Below, in pieces: positions 56,901-64,000 of a stretch of DNA of 64,000 nucleotides. This DNA is from a virus. Location of the stretch: IMG/VR virus record IMGVR_UViG_3300027782_000035; one strand, given 5' to 3'. The translations under genes were made by a program, and so were the position numbers. The number at the start of each line of letters is the position of its first letter. Within the stretch, counting starts at the first letter, position 1. The notes beneath the pieces were generated by a model that had not been told where the DNA came from, did no database searches, and saw nothing but the letters and a program-made list of their open reading frames with translations.

Positions 56901-59119
56901 AAACAGTCATAAGCAAGCAAAATGTACAAGAAGCTTCGAGCGCAAGCGTGCTGAAGGCTGAAGAAGTCGCTAAAAAATCTAGTGATCACATAGAAGCGGT
57001 TAATGTCACTCTGAAAAAAGGTCTTATTGAAGACAACGGAACTAGTTTAAATTCAAACGTATATAAGCTCTTTAAGGAAGTAGAAAAACAAACTAAGATT
57101 ATTAAAGAGAACAAAGATAAAGCGCCAACTATAGGCGCTGCAAAGGCTGAAGATATTACTAAAAAGTCTATGGGCCTGGAACAGTTCAAGACTATCGGCG
57201 AAAGAATGAGCGATTTCGGTAAAGGATTTAAAGACTTCTTTACAGTTAAGGGCTTCTTAAATAAGACTGGAATAGTCGATAAAGATAGTACCGGCATTGT
57301 TGGCACGGCCGTGAATCGCCGAGCTGCTAAGAAACAATACGTCGAAGATAGAATGAAAGTAGATCCTAACTACTTGAATCTTGCTAAAGGAAGTACTGAG
57401 AAAGAAAAGAAAGCTAACGCAAGAAAAACTTTCGAAAATCAATTTGATAAACAGCAGGAAATCAAAAAGCAACAAAGACAAAATGAAGGCGAAATATCTA
57501 GTCTTCAGAAAAGTGGTTATACTGAACAACAGATTAAAAGAAGTGGACTTTTAAAAACAAGAGAAGGTCTTGCTGAAAAACTTACTGCAGTAGATTCTAG
57601 AGTTCGTGACAATGCAGGTAGCGGAAATACCAAGAAAGACCTTGAAGTAGAATCTAAGAAAAAGCAGAAGACTACTGATACCATAAAAGAAGCTATGGAG
57701 TTTTCTGATGAAGGCCAAATAGAAGCTCAACGTAATTCAGAAACTCAGACTGCACTGCTAGCAAAGATCGAAGAAAACACTCGCTCTCTCCTAGGAAACC
57801 GTCGCGCATCATCAGCTGGCAAAGCCGATACCGGCGACAGCGGCGGTGGATTGCTTGATACTATTATGGGATTCCTTGGCCAAGGATTTATGACAGCGAT
57901 CAAGTTCTTGTTCAATCCTAAGAACTTGCTAAAAGCCTTTACTAGATTCCTAGCGCCTGCACTCATAATAGGCGCACTAGTAAATGGAATAATGGATGGC
58001 TTTAATAAATTCATGGAGACTGGCGATATTGGAGAAGCTCTTATTGCAGGTCTTGGTGGAATACTATCGTTCCTAACATTTGGGTTGTTTGATGCAGACA
58101 CTATTAGTTCGCTCGTAGACTGGTTCAGTAGCTTCGTTACTGACTTTATCATACAACCAGTTAAAGATTTCTTTGGATTTCTAGGTGATTCTTTTGACAA
58201 GTACATCGCTCAACCAATTATGGGAGCATTTAGTTCTATTAAAGATATAATGGGAACTCTCCTTGATGCTTATCTATGGTTACCGAGAAAAGTACTAGGA
58301 CTAATTGATGAATATATTGTAACTCCACTTAAAGAAGTATTTGCACCAGTGACAGATTTCTTTAAGAAAATTAAAGATCAGATATTTGGTTTCCTAGAAG
58401 ATTTTGGTATACCTGAAATTGGTTTCACTATTCCTATTATTGGCAAGAAAGTTTCTATCGGTCCGTTCTATCCATTCCGACCAAATGAAGGGACTGCAAA
58501 TGTTGGTGGTGGTACAGAATTATCTCAGACCTCTAGCGCAAGCGGAGAGACAGAGACATTTAGAAATAGTGTAGTTTCTACTGAAAAAGACGCTTCTTCA
58601 GTATTAGTTACCAATGAAAAAAGTTCTATTAATGCAAAGGGCGAATCTAAAACTGAATTTGGTGAGTCATTTGCACGATTTGATGTTAAAACTGGAAAAG
58701 CTTTATACTCTCCTGGCGCTGGAGGTGAAGCTGTTGATATCTCGGCTTCTACATTTAGAAAAGTAAAGTCAGCAGCAAAAGATGGTGCTGATACTGCTAA
58801 ATTAGATGAGATAGTAAAAGAAGACAAAGCGTATGAACAACTAAGCTTTTGGGATAAGCGCAAAGTTGATGTTGGATACGTTAAAGCATCTGATCTATTA
58901 GCAGCACAGCAAGGTACTGGAAAGTCAGATGTAGTATACAATAAGTCTTCTGATAACGCAGCGGCTGCAGCCGCACCTCCTCCTGCTATGGCACCAGTCG
59001 TTGTCAATGCACCAACTAATGTAAGCAATAGTAGACAAAATATAGCAATGCCTCAAGCTATACGTAATCCTGATAACGGATTTAATAAGTACGCTGGCTC
59101 GCGCGCAGTAATGCTATAA
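56897..59119 (+). CDS. Tape-measure-like protein (gp29 analogue)
   Basis: Long helical Lys/Glu-rich N-terminus, central hydrophobic/amphipathic F-spaced repeats, C-terminal PVVVNAPT; follows gp26/gp51. Confidence 0.65.
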   Translation: MKTVISKQNVQEASSASVLKAEEVAKKSSDHIEAVNVTLKKGLIEDNGTSLNSNVYKLFKEVEKQTKIIKENKDKAPTIGAAKAEDITKKSMGLEQFKTIGERMSDFGKGFKDFFTVKGFLNKTGIVDKDSTGIVGTAVNRRAAKKQYVEDRMKVDPNYLNLAKGSTEKEKKANARKTFENQFDKQQEIKKQQRQNEGEISSLQKSGYTEQQIKRSGLLKTREGLAEKLTAVDSRVRDNAGSGNTKKDLEVESKKKQKTTDTIKEAMEFSDEGQIEAQRNSETQTALLAKIEENTRSLLGNRRASSAGKADTGDSGGGLLDTIMGFLGQGFMTAIKFLFNPKNLLKAFTRFLAPALIIGALVNGIMDGFNKFMETGDIGEALIAGLGGILSFLTFGLFDADTISSLVDWFSSFVTDFIIQPVKDFFGFLGDSFDKYIAQPIMGAFSSIKDIMGTLLDAYLWLPRKVLGLIDEYIVTPLKEVFAPVTDFFKKIKDQIFGFLEDFGIPEIGFTIPIIGKKVSIGPFYPFRPNEGTANVGGGTELSQTSSASGETETFRNSVVSTEKDASSVLVTNEKSSINAKGESKTEFGESFARFDVKTGKALYSPGAGGEAVDISASTFRKVKSAAKDGADTAKLDEIVKEDKAYEQLSFWDKRKVDVGYVKASDLLAAQQGTGKSDVVYNKSSDNAAAAAAPPPAMAPVVVNAPTNVSNSRQNIAMPQAIRNPDNGFNKYAGSRAVML

Positions 59120-59120
59120 C

Positions 59121-59144
59121 AAAAAGGGAGGCAAAAGCCTCCCT
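59121..59144 (-). terminator. Intrinsic terminator between convergent genes
   Basis: AGGGAGGC-TTTT-GCCTCCCT followed by a T tract on the - strand (after gp32); possibly bidirectional. Confidence 0.85.
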
Positions 59145-59170
59145 GTATCTATCCACTCTTACGTGGAGTA

Positions 59171-60073
59171 TCACTCTTCCATAGCAATCTTCTTGAAGTA
59201 ACTCATCGCTTCTTCATCTGTACTATTTGATACAATCTTCACTGCTGGCTTCTTAACTTCGCGAACAGGAGGAGTGTAATCATCATCATCTTCTCCGCTT
59301 AGTGTAGCAGCCGTTGGCGTTGGAGATGCATCAGAATTTAGAACTGATGCAAGCTTACGCGAAAGTTCTTCATAAGACTTGAAGTTTTTACGATCCAAGA
59401 AGTCTTTCAATAGGAATTGCTTCTTAGAGATAATCATAATCTCGTCGTCATCTCCAAGAGCTGAAGGCTCCGTGAAAACAGACTGATCGTAATTAGGATA
59501 ACCATCAACCTTGCGCATACGAAGTTTGAAGTCTGCACCGTCCCAGTAATCAAACACGTTTACAGGTGTTTCATCTTCAAAGGTAGGCTTAGCTTTATCC
59601 ATGATCTTGTCGAAGATCTTTTTACCAAACTTAAACAGCATCACACGTCCTTCGTTTTCTGGATGCTTAGGATCCGAGATAACGAGAATGTTTGCGAAAT
59701 AAGCTAGGCGACGCTTTTGCTTGCGTGCAATTTCCTTATCAGCATCAGCACCAGAATTCCATAGGCGACTATTAAGTTCGCCGACAGGATCGTTCTCGCC
59801 GATAGTTGTAAGAGAATTTTCGATGTACCATTTCCCAGTCGGGCCTTGGAAGCCGTGATTGAAGATACGAACCCAAGGGAGTTCATCACCTTCTGTGCGT
59901 GGGAGGAATCGAATAGTTGCCGTACCATTACCTGCTTTGTCAGCTTCTAGCTTCCAAAAGCGATCATCTTGGTAGGATTTAGAATCGCTTTGAGGATTAG
60001 CGATCTTGTCAAACTCCGATGCAATTTTACCGAAGTCCATCTTAGCGTTTTTACGAAGTGTAGTAATATCCAT
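59171..60073 (-). CDS. gp32: Single-stranded DNA-binding protein gp32
   Basis: DDRFWKLEADKAGNGTATIRFLP...HGFQGPTGKWYIENSLTT...FKFGKKIFDKI...FDYWDGADFKL; acidic tail. Confidence 0.95.
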   Translation of the reverse strand: MDITTLRKNAKMDFGKIASEFDKIANPQSDSKSYQDDRFWKLEADKAGNGTATIRFLPRTEGDELPWVRIFNHGFQGPTGKWYIENSLTTIGENDPVGELNSRLWNSGADADKEIARKQKRRLAYFANILVISDPKHPENEGRVMLFKFGKKIFDKIMDKAKPTFEDETPVNVFDYWDGADFKLRMRKVDGYPNYDQSVFTEPSALGDDDEIMIISKKQFLLKDFLDRKNFKSYEELSRKLASVLNSDASPTPTAATLSGEDDDDYTPPVREVKKPAVKIVSNSTDEEAMSYFKKIAMEE

Positions 60074-60075
60074 TT

Positions 60076-60282
60076 TTATTTCCTTTTACGTTGTATTTGC
60101 GTTGTATTTGCGTTGTATTCATAATCTAAATCATCAGAATCGTCATACTTATAGTAATCTTCCTCCGACCATTTATTTATAACGCGCATTCCTTCATCTG
60201 ATAGATTTTTGGAATGTTTACTCTTGTAGCTTTTACGGCTACGCTCTTCATCATCGCGATGCTTATAAATTGTGCGTCCCAT
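60076..60282 (-). CDS. Small hypothetical protein
   Basis: 68-aa ORF between gp59 and gp32; basic N-terminus, acidic middle. Confidence 0.5.
   Translation of the reverse strand: MGRTIYKHRDDEERSRKSYKSKHSKNLSDEGMRVINKWSEEDYYKYDDSDDLDYEYNANTTQIQRKRK
60089..60119 (-). repeat. Three tandem 11-nt repeats (CAAATACAACG) just upstream of the gp32 RBS
   Basis: + strand cgttgtatttg at 60089 and 60100, and cgttgtatt at 60111. Confidence 0.8.
60174..60181 (-). promoter_or_regulatory. Late promoter TATAAATA upstream of gp32
   Basis: Exact consensus about 100 nt upstream of the gp32 ATG. Confidence 0.55.
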
Positions 60283-60283
60283 T

Positions 60284-60886
60284 TTATAACTCTGAAAATT
60301 CTTCCTTAAAGTTTCGATAGATTAATTGTACCTTATTAGAATCGTATTTTACAAACTTTTTTATCTTATTCAAGATCCGAAGTTCACAATCCCAATATCT
60401 TCCAATAGATCTCCAACTAGGTAAAAAGTTTTCAAACTCATCTAACAAAACTACAGTTTCTAAGTGTACGTGCCCGCCCACATACAGTTTAAGCAATTCA
60501 GGCACATTATTATCTATAAGAAATAGACTTTTATACCCCAGCTCAGACTGTTCTAAATGTCGACCTATTTCATTCAATTGCTGTTTAAATAGGTGACTTC
60601 TAGATTCTTTACGCGATATCCAAGTATCATAATATTGATCTGATTCGGAAGAATATATAACTCCCGTGTTACCATATGCAAAGTTTGCAACAAAGTATTC
60701 AATCAGTTGTCTTGGTTCGTTAAACTTGCGTCCTATCTTTTCAAATAGGAATTTATCATTTCTTTTTTCAAATGTTGCCAGTGATCCTGACACTCTGCCA
60801 TCAGATTCGAATACATCATAACGATCTGTAGTAAAGTGTAACTTTATAGCCATAAAGAACTTGTAAGTTCTAAAACCATCAATCAT
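60284..60886 (-). CDS. gp59: Helicase loader gp59
   Basis: GFRTYKFFMAIKLHFTTDRYD...FEKRNDKFLFEKI...YFVANF...LET; upstream of gp32. Confidence 0.9.
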   Translation of the reverse strand: MIDGFRTYKFFMAIKLHFTTDRYDVFESDGRVSGSLATFEKRNDKFLFEKIGRKFNEPRQLIEYFVANFAYGNTGVIYSSESDQYYDTWISRKESRSHLFKQQLNEIGRHLEQSELGYKSLFLIDNNVPELLKLYVGGHVHLETVVLLDEFENFLPSWRSIGRYWDCELRILNKIKKFVKYDSNKVQLIYRNFKEEFSEL

Positions 60887-61028
60887 TTATATTCTTTACG
60901 TATTCAATTATGTTAGTATACCACTGCACTGCATCATCCTCGTAATCAAAATGAGGACTTAGATGTTTCCCATCTTCCTCATCTATATAATAATAGACTT
61001 GATTAGTGTCATCACATATTAATTTCAT
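60879..61028 (-). CDS. Small hypothetical protein (49 aa)
   Basis: Not in the ORF track: MKLICDDTNQVYYYIDEEDGKHLSPHFDYEDDAVQWYTNIIEYVKNIND; overlaps both neighbours and fills the gap. Confidence 0.6.
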   Translation of the reverse strand: MKLICDDTNQVYYYIDEEDGKHLSPHFDYEDDAVQWYTNIIEYVKNIND

Positions 61029-61453
61029 GCTCTTACAGCTACTATCTTATCACTCATGTCCTCACCAAATGACATGTTCTCGCGAAACACTTTAGCTAAT
61101 CCTTTTCTACCTAGAGATTCAACTGCAACTAAAACACAGAACTGATTTGTGCGTTTGTGAATTTCGTCTTCATTACCTTGTTCTAATCCTTCAGCGACCG
61201 CTAGCATCTCAGCCATTAATACAATCTCGGAGAATTTAGGATCTTCTACATCTTCGCATTGATCAATTAGATATTGAACTTCTTCATCGTTTAGTCTTGC
61301 GAAGAAATCACCAATAGACATATACGGATTTTGCATCATGTCAACTGCCATACAACGAATTATGCGTGACATATTTTTATCAGAGATGATGTTTTGATAG
61401 TTAATTGTAAACGGAACATCAGCATCAAAATCTTCAAATTTGCTTTCACTCAT
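61025..61453 (-). CDS. Hypothetical protein
   Basis: 142-aa acidic ORF coupled to neighbours. Confidence 0.6.
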   Translation of the reverse strand: MSESKFEDFDADVPFTINYQNIISDKNMSRIIRCMAVDMMQNPYMSIGDFFARLNDEEVQYLIDQCEDVEDPKFSEIVLMAEMLAVAEGLEQGNEDEIHKRTNQFCVLVAVESLGRKGLAKVFRENMSFGEDMSDKIVAVRA

Positions 61454-61694
61454 TCCATTTCTCCGTTTGGCTAAAAGATTTTTCCTGCATAGTTAACTCT
61501 TTGAATATTTTCCTAGGACTAGCACACATAATACACTTTGGATTACCACAATCTAAAGCATGATGCTTGTGTAGCTTATGCGGTTCTTTAATAGTAATGC
61601 CGTGAGATTTAGCTATCTTTACTTGTTTTTCAATGTGCACTTCGTCGTCATGAAGACGCTTACTGTGTTTCAATTTGGAATGTTCGTCACTCAT
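61446..61694 (-). CDS. Small His/Cys-rich protein (putative Zn-binding)
   Basis: HKLHKHHALDCGNPKCIMC; GAGG SD. Confidence 0.6.
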   Translation of the reverse strand: MSDEHSKLKHSKRLHDDEVHIEKQVKIAKSHGITIKEPHKLHKHHALDCGNPKCIMCASPRKIFKELTMQEKSFSQTEKWNE

Positions 61695-61703
61695 GCTAAC
61701 CTC

Positions 61704-61919
61704 TTAAACGTCTAGTGTTGCTTGCTTTGGTAGCAAGTTTGCCTCTCTCATATCCATTTGAATTTTATCTTTTAATGGTTTATTGATAAGATGTTTTATG
61801 TCATCTGGTTCAAGAAAATTTTCTTTGCAGTATTTCAGTACTGCATCCATATGTGACATTCTACTTTTATTCGCTATCTCTTCGATGTGAATGGAAAATG
61901 CTGATGCGCCTTTGAACAT
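61704..61919 (-). CDS. gp33: Late transcription coactivator gp33
   Basis: FSIHIEEI...SHMDAVLKYCKEN.LEP..I..LINKPLKDKI......NLL; near gp59/gp32. Confidence 0.85.
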   Translation of the reverse strand: MFKGASAFSIHIEEIANKSRMSHMDAVLKYCKENFLEPDDIKHLINKPLKDKIQMDMREANLLPKQATLDV

Positions 61920-61920
61920 A

Positions 61921-62187
61921 TTATGGTTTCTTTAAATAGTATTCTGCTGTTTTAATAGACATATTTACATCTGAGTACTCTTCAGATTTTGCGTTATATA
62001 ATCTCCACACTGGATCAGTGTTCTTAGACGCGTTCATTTGTTCATCAAACATGTCGAGATATTTGTTGAACCAGCGATCTAGTCTACTTCGATAGTTAAT
62101 TAGATTAATGTAGATCTTTTGAATTTCAGACTTATCATTAAAGGTATGTGCCATAACGATTTGTGATTCGATTTGTTTTCTGTTCAT
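61921..62187 (-). CDS. Hypothetical early protein
   Basis: 88-aa ORF starting 5 nt after a TATAAT box. Confidence 0.6.
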   Translation of the reverse strand: MNRKQIESQIVMAHTFNDKSEIQKIYINLINYRSRLDRWFNKYLDMFDEQMNASKNTDPVWRLYNAKSEEYSDVNMSIKTAEYYLKKP

Positions 62188-62192
62188 AAGTT

Positions 62193-62221
62193 ATTATATA
62201 CCAGTTGTGAATATATGTACA
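62193..62221 (-). promoter_or_regulatory. Early sigma70-type promoter TGTACA-17-TATAAT
   Basis: TGTACA TATATTCACAACTGGTA TATAAT AACTT ATG. Confidence 0.75.
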
Positions 62222-62566
62222 TCAGCCACGACGCATTTTTGCTATCTCAATAGCTTCCTCGTCACTAAAGACTGGAACAGCGTTTGATTTGTGTAGAGTA
62301 CCAATGCCAATCATTTTAGTACCAGTGTAATACATCGTAGGCTTAGACGAAGCAATACCTTGACCAGTGTCACGACTTGGAAGACGTGGACCAGTGTCGC
62401 GAACATGGGGCTTTGGATTTAGAATAGACGCAGAGGCGACAATATTAGACGCAAGCTTTTTCTTGGGCTCGTATTTCTTGACAATAGCTTCCCACTCAGC
62501 AACAAGTTGACGTTGCACTGCTGTAGGTTTCTTTGGCTTGCGTTTGGGGATTGATACGTAAATCAC
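62222..62566 (-). CDS. Conserved basic hypothetical protein
   Basis: C-terminal YTGTKMIGIGTLHKSNAVPVFSDEEAIEIAKMRR; GTG start coupled to the upstream ORF. Confidence 0.65.
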   Translation of the reverse strand: MIYVSIPKRKPKKPTAVQRQLVAEWEAIVKKYEPKKKLASNIVASASILNPKPHVRDTGPRLPSRDTGQGIASSKPTMYYTGTKMIGIGTLHKSNAVPVFSDEEAIEIAKMRRG

Positions 62567-62790
62567 GAGATGATATCCTGAACAATGTACTTAGCTTCAG
62601 AAACAGACTTGCACTTATCGCCATTTACTACGATGTTACGAAAATTCATAATCTTAACTTTGATACCAGGAACTTCAAGCATGCGAAATTCTGGAGTTTT
62701 TTGCTTAACTGGCATTGTACCAGTTGCAAAGAACAATGTGTCCCATAATTCATCAGCTGCAATTTTACGCTGAAAGTGTACGTTAATCAT
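62563..62790 (-). CDS. Hypothetical early protein
   Basis: 75-aa ORF starting 5 nt after TATAAT. Confidence 0.6.
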   Translation of the reverse strand: MINVHFQRKIAADELWDTLFFATGTMPVKQKTPEFRMLEVPGIKVKIMNFRNIVVNGDKCKSVSEAKYIVQDIIS

Positions 62791-62795
62791 AATAT

Positions 62796-62824
62796 ATTAT
62801 ACCTCAAACACGAATATTTGTACA
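62796..62824 (-). promoter_or_regulatory. Early sigma70-type promoter TGTACA-17-TATAAT
   Basis: TGTACA AATATTCGTGTTTGAGG TATAAT ATATT ATG. Confidence 0.8.
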
Positions 62825-62834
62825 GGGTTGTACG

Positions 62835-62909
62835 TGGTCCGGCGTAGAGGAATCGAACCTCTATAATGACTTTAGAAGAATCATGTCCTATCCGTTGAAC
62901 GAACGCCAG
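62835..62909 (-). tRNA. trnR: tRNA-Arg (anticodon UCU), encoded CCA
   Basis: Cloverleaf: acceptor CTGGCGT/ACGCCGG, D arm GTTC/GGAC, anticodon arm TGATT-CTTCTAA-AGTCA, T arm AGAGG-TTCGATT-CCTCT, ACCA end; 75 nt. Confidence 0.92.
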
Positions 62910-62917
62910 ATAATTAT

Positions 62918-62946
62918 ATTATATCAAATATGCGAATATTTGTACA
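62918..62946 (-). promoter_or_regulatory. Early sigma70-type promoter driving the tRNA
   Basis: TGTACA AATATTCGCATATTTGA TATAAT. Confidence 0.8.
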
Positions 62947-62949
62947 GGG

Positions 62950-63609
62950 CTATTTTATTTTTTTCTCTGTAGTTTTCTTTGCGGGAGCCTTTTTCCTAGG
63001 TGCTCTCTTTGGCTTTTGAGATTCTTCAAATTCTTTAGATTTAGTTACAAGTCTTTTCTCAAGTCTTTTTACAACTTCTTCACCATCCATCCATATATCT
63101 TTATTCTCAAGCATAGATTTAATTTCCTGCTCTGTCATAAAATCTTTATAGATTTCATTCATCAAGCGTGCAGACCATTTTCTTTCATGCTGAAGTTGGT
63201 CAAACATTTCTCCACCTTTGCCAAACACTCCAGCGGAATAATTATGGAACATGAATACCGAATGAGGAGTTACTTCAAAGTTATCAGCACATAAGAAAAC
63301 CATAGTTGCTGCAGAGCAGCATGCGCCTTCAACAGAAGCTATAATAGTTGCTTCACTTTCGCCAAGCACTCGCATAAACTGAATTGCTGTGAATAAATCT
63401 CCACCTGGAGAATTGATATAAATCTTTACGATGTCAGTTTCTTCAGCATGGCGAATTAAATCAAACCATTCCATATATGTATCAGCTTCTTCAATTTCTC
63501 CACTTAAATAAAACTCATGCAAGTGTGCAATAGGTTTAGGCGGAAATTGACCATTAGAATGTATTTTCGGTTTACCAAGTTCAAGAACGTCGCCCATAGT
63601 GTACTCCAT
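62950..63609 (-). CDS. clpP: ClpP-like serine protease (S14)
   Basis: IYINSPGGD...GACCSAAT (Ser)...FMFH (His)...KDIWM (Asp); Lys/Pro-rich tail. Confidence 0.85.
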   Translation of the reverse strand: MEYTMGDVLELGKPKIHSNGQFPPKPIAHLHEFYLSGEIEEADTYMEWFDLIRHAEETDIVKIYINSPGGDLFTAIQFMRVLGESEATIIASVEGACCSAATMVFLCADNFEVTPHSVFMFHNYSAGVFGKGGEMFDQLQHERKWSARLMNEIYKDFMTEQEIKSMLENKDIWMDGEEVVKRLEKRLVTKSKEFEESQKPKRAPRKKAPAKKTTEKKIK

Positions 63610-63621
63610 GTTGTTTGTAAT

Positions 63622-63650
63622 ATTATATATTAGTTACGAATATAGTAACA
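63622..63650 (-). promoter_or_regulatory. Early-type promoter variant TGTTAC-17-TATAAT upstream of clpP
   Basis: TGTTAC TATATTCGTAACTAATA TATAAT; shares the ATATTC spacer motif with the other three. Confidence 0.65.
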
Positions 63651-63651
63651 A

Positions 63652-63897
63652 TCATTTCTTAGGAGTAGACAAAGTTCCTCCAGAAAAAGAATATGCCACA
63701 CAAACTGCATCATCTGTGCGCGCATACGAGCATCTAACTGTAAGAGGATTAATGCCAGCTGAAATAGCTTGTTGAATATTTGTGGCCATTAGATTTCTAT
63801 CGTTAACGTAATAGTGTATAGATCCAATAACTAAGAATAATAGAACTAGTGTGATACAAATGACTACAACAGAATCAATCTTTAGAAAATCTTTCAT
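63652..63897 (-). CDS. Small membrane-anchored protein
   Basis: N-terminal hydrophobic helix VVVICITLVLLFLVIGSI; GINPLTVRCSY...C. Confidence 0.6.
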   Translation of the reverse strand: MKDFLKIDSVVVICITLVLLFLVIGSIHYYVNDRNLMATNIQQAISAGINPLTVRCSYARTDDAVCVAYSFSGGTLSTPKK

Positions 63898-64000
63898 ATG
63901 CTTGTTCCTTTTTTAACATAAAATATGTGGCGACCGATAGTGGTTCTATGCTCGACGTTTTTCCATTTAGGATTTACATAATCGGCGTGATAAAATATAG
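63894..64000 (-). CDS. Cell wall hydrolase, SleB/Hydrolase_2 family (C-terminal end; partial)
   Basis: IFYHADYVNPKWKNVEHRTTIGRHIFY, the family's C-terminal signature; its stop overlaps the ATG at 63897. Confidence 0.8.
   Translation of the reverse strand, partial: IFYHADYVNPKWKNVEHRTTIGRHIFYVKKGTSI

Noticed and set aside
56780-56989. 69-aa - strand ORF in the gp26/tape-measure gap
   Set aside because: The + strand gp51-like frame explains this interval.
1-64000. Stop-codon reassignment
   Set aside because: Conserved genes are full length in the standard code, and TAA, TGA and TAG all end genes at expected positions.

Overview
This window is a ~64 kb piece of a T4-like myovirus genome (AT-rich, standard genetic code). 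It resembles uncultured freshwater T4-like phages; the host cannot be assigned from the sequence. Positions 1-30,200 (- strand) hold a very large tail-fibre/adhesin region of about 25 genes, including RCC1-like propellers, glycine-rich adhesins, tandem LamG, YadA-like repeats, a peptidase S74 chaperone, a PA14-like protein, and small adaptors and chaperones. Positions 30,200-53,800 (- strand) hold the baseplate block: VrlC/DUF4815-like, gp8, gp7, gp6, gp25, PAAR, gp5, hub, gp53 and gp48. Positions 53,830-59,120 (+ strand) hold gp4, gp2, gp54, gp16, gp26, gp51 and a tape-measure-like gene. Positions 59,170-64,000 (- strand) hold gp32, gp59, gp33, small early genes, tRNA-Arg(UCU), a ClpP-like protease and the end of a SleB-type hydrolase. 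Most notable: (1) an apparent programmed -1 frameshift fusing gp26 to gp51 just upstream of the tape-measure-like gene, like lambda G/GT; (2) a split Gly-rich/PA14 adhesin ending in a poly-Gly-Cys domain with a membrane helix, next to a CFI-box-like gene, possibly a processing or anchoring system; (3) an ~85-aa module inserted in frame four times into three baseplate proteins; (4) duplicated fibre-adaptor-adhesin-chaperone cassettes; (5) a gp5 carrying both GH19 and M15 hydrolases, faced by an antisense sigma70-type promoter. All family assignments come from motif recognition; no database search was run.
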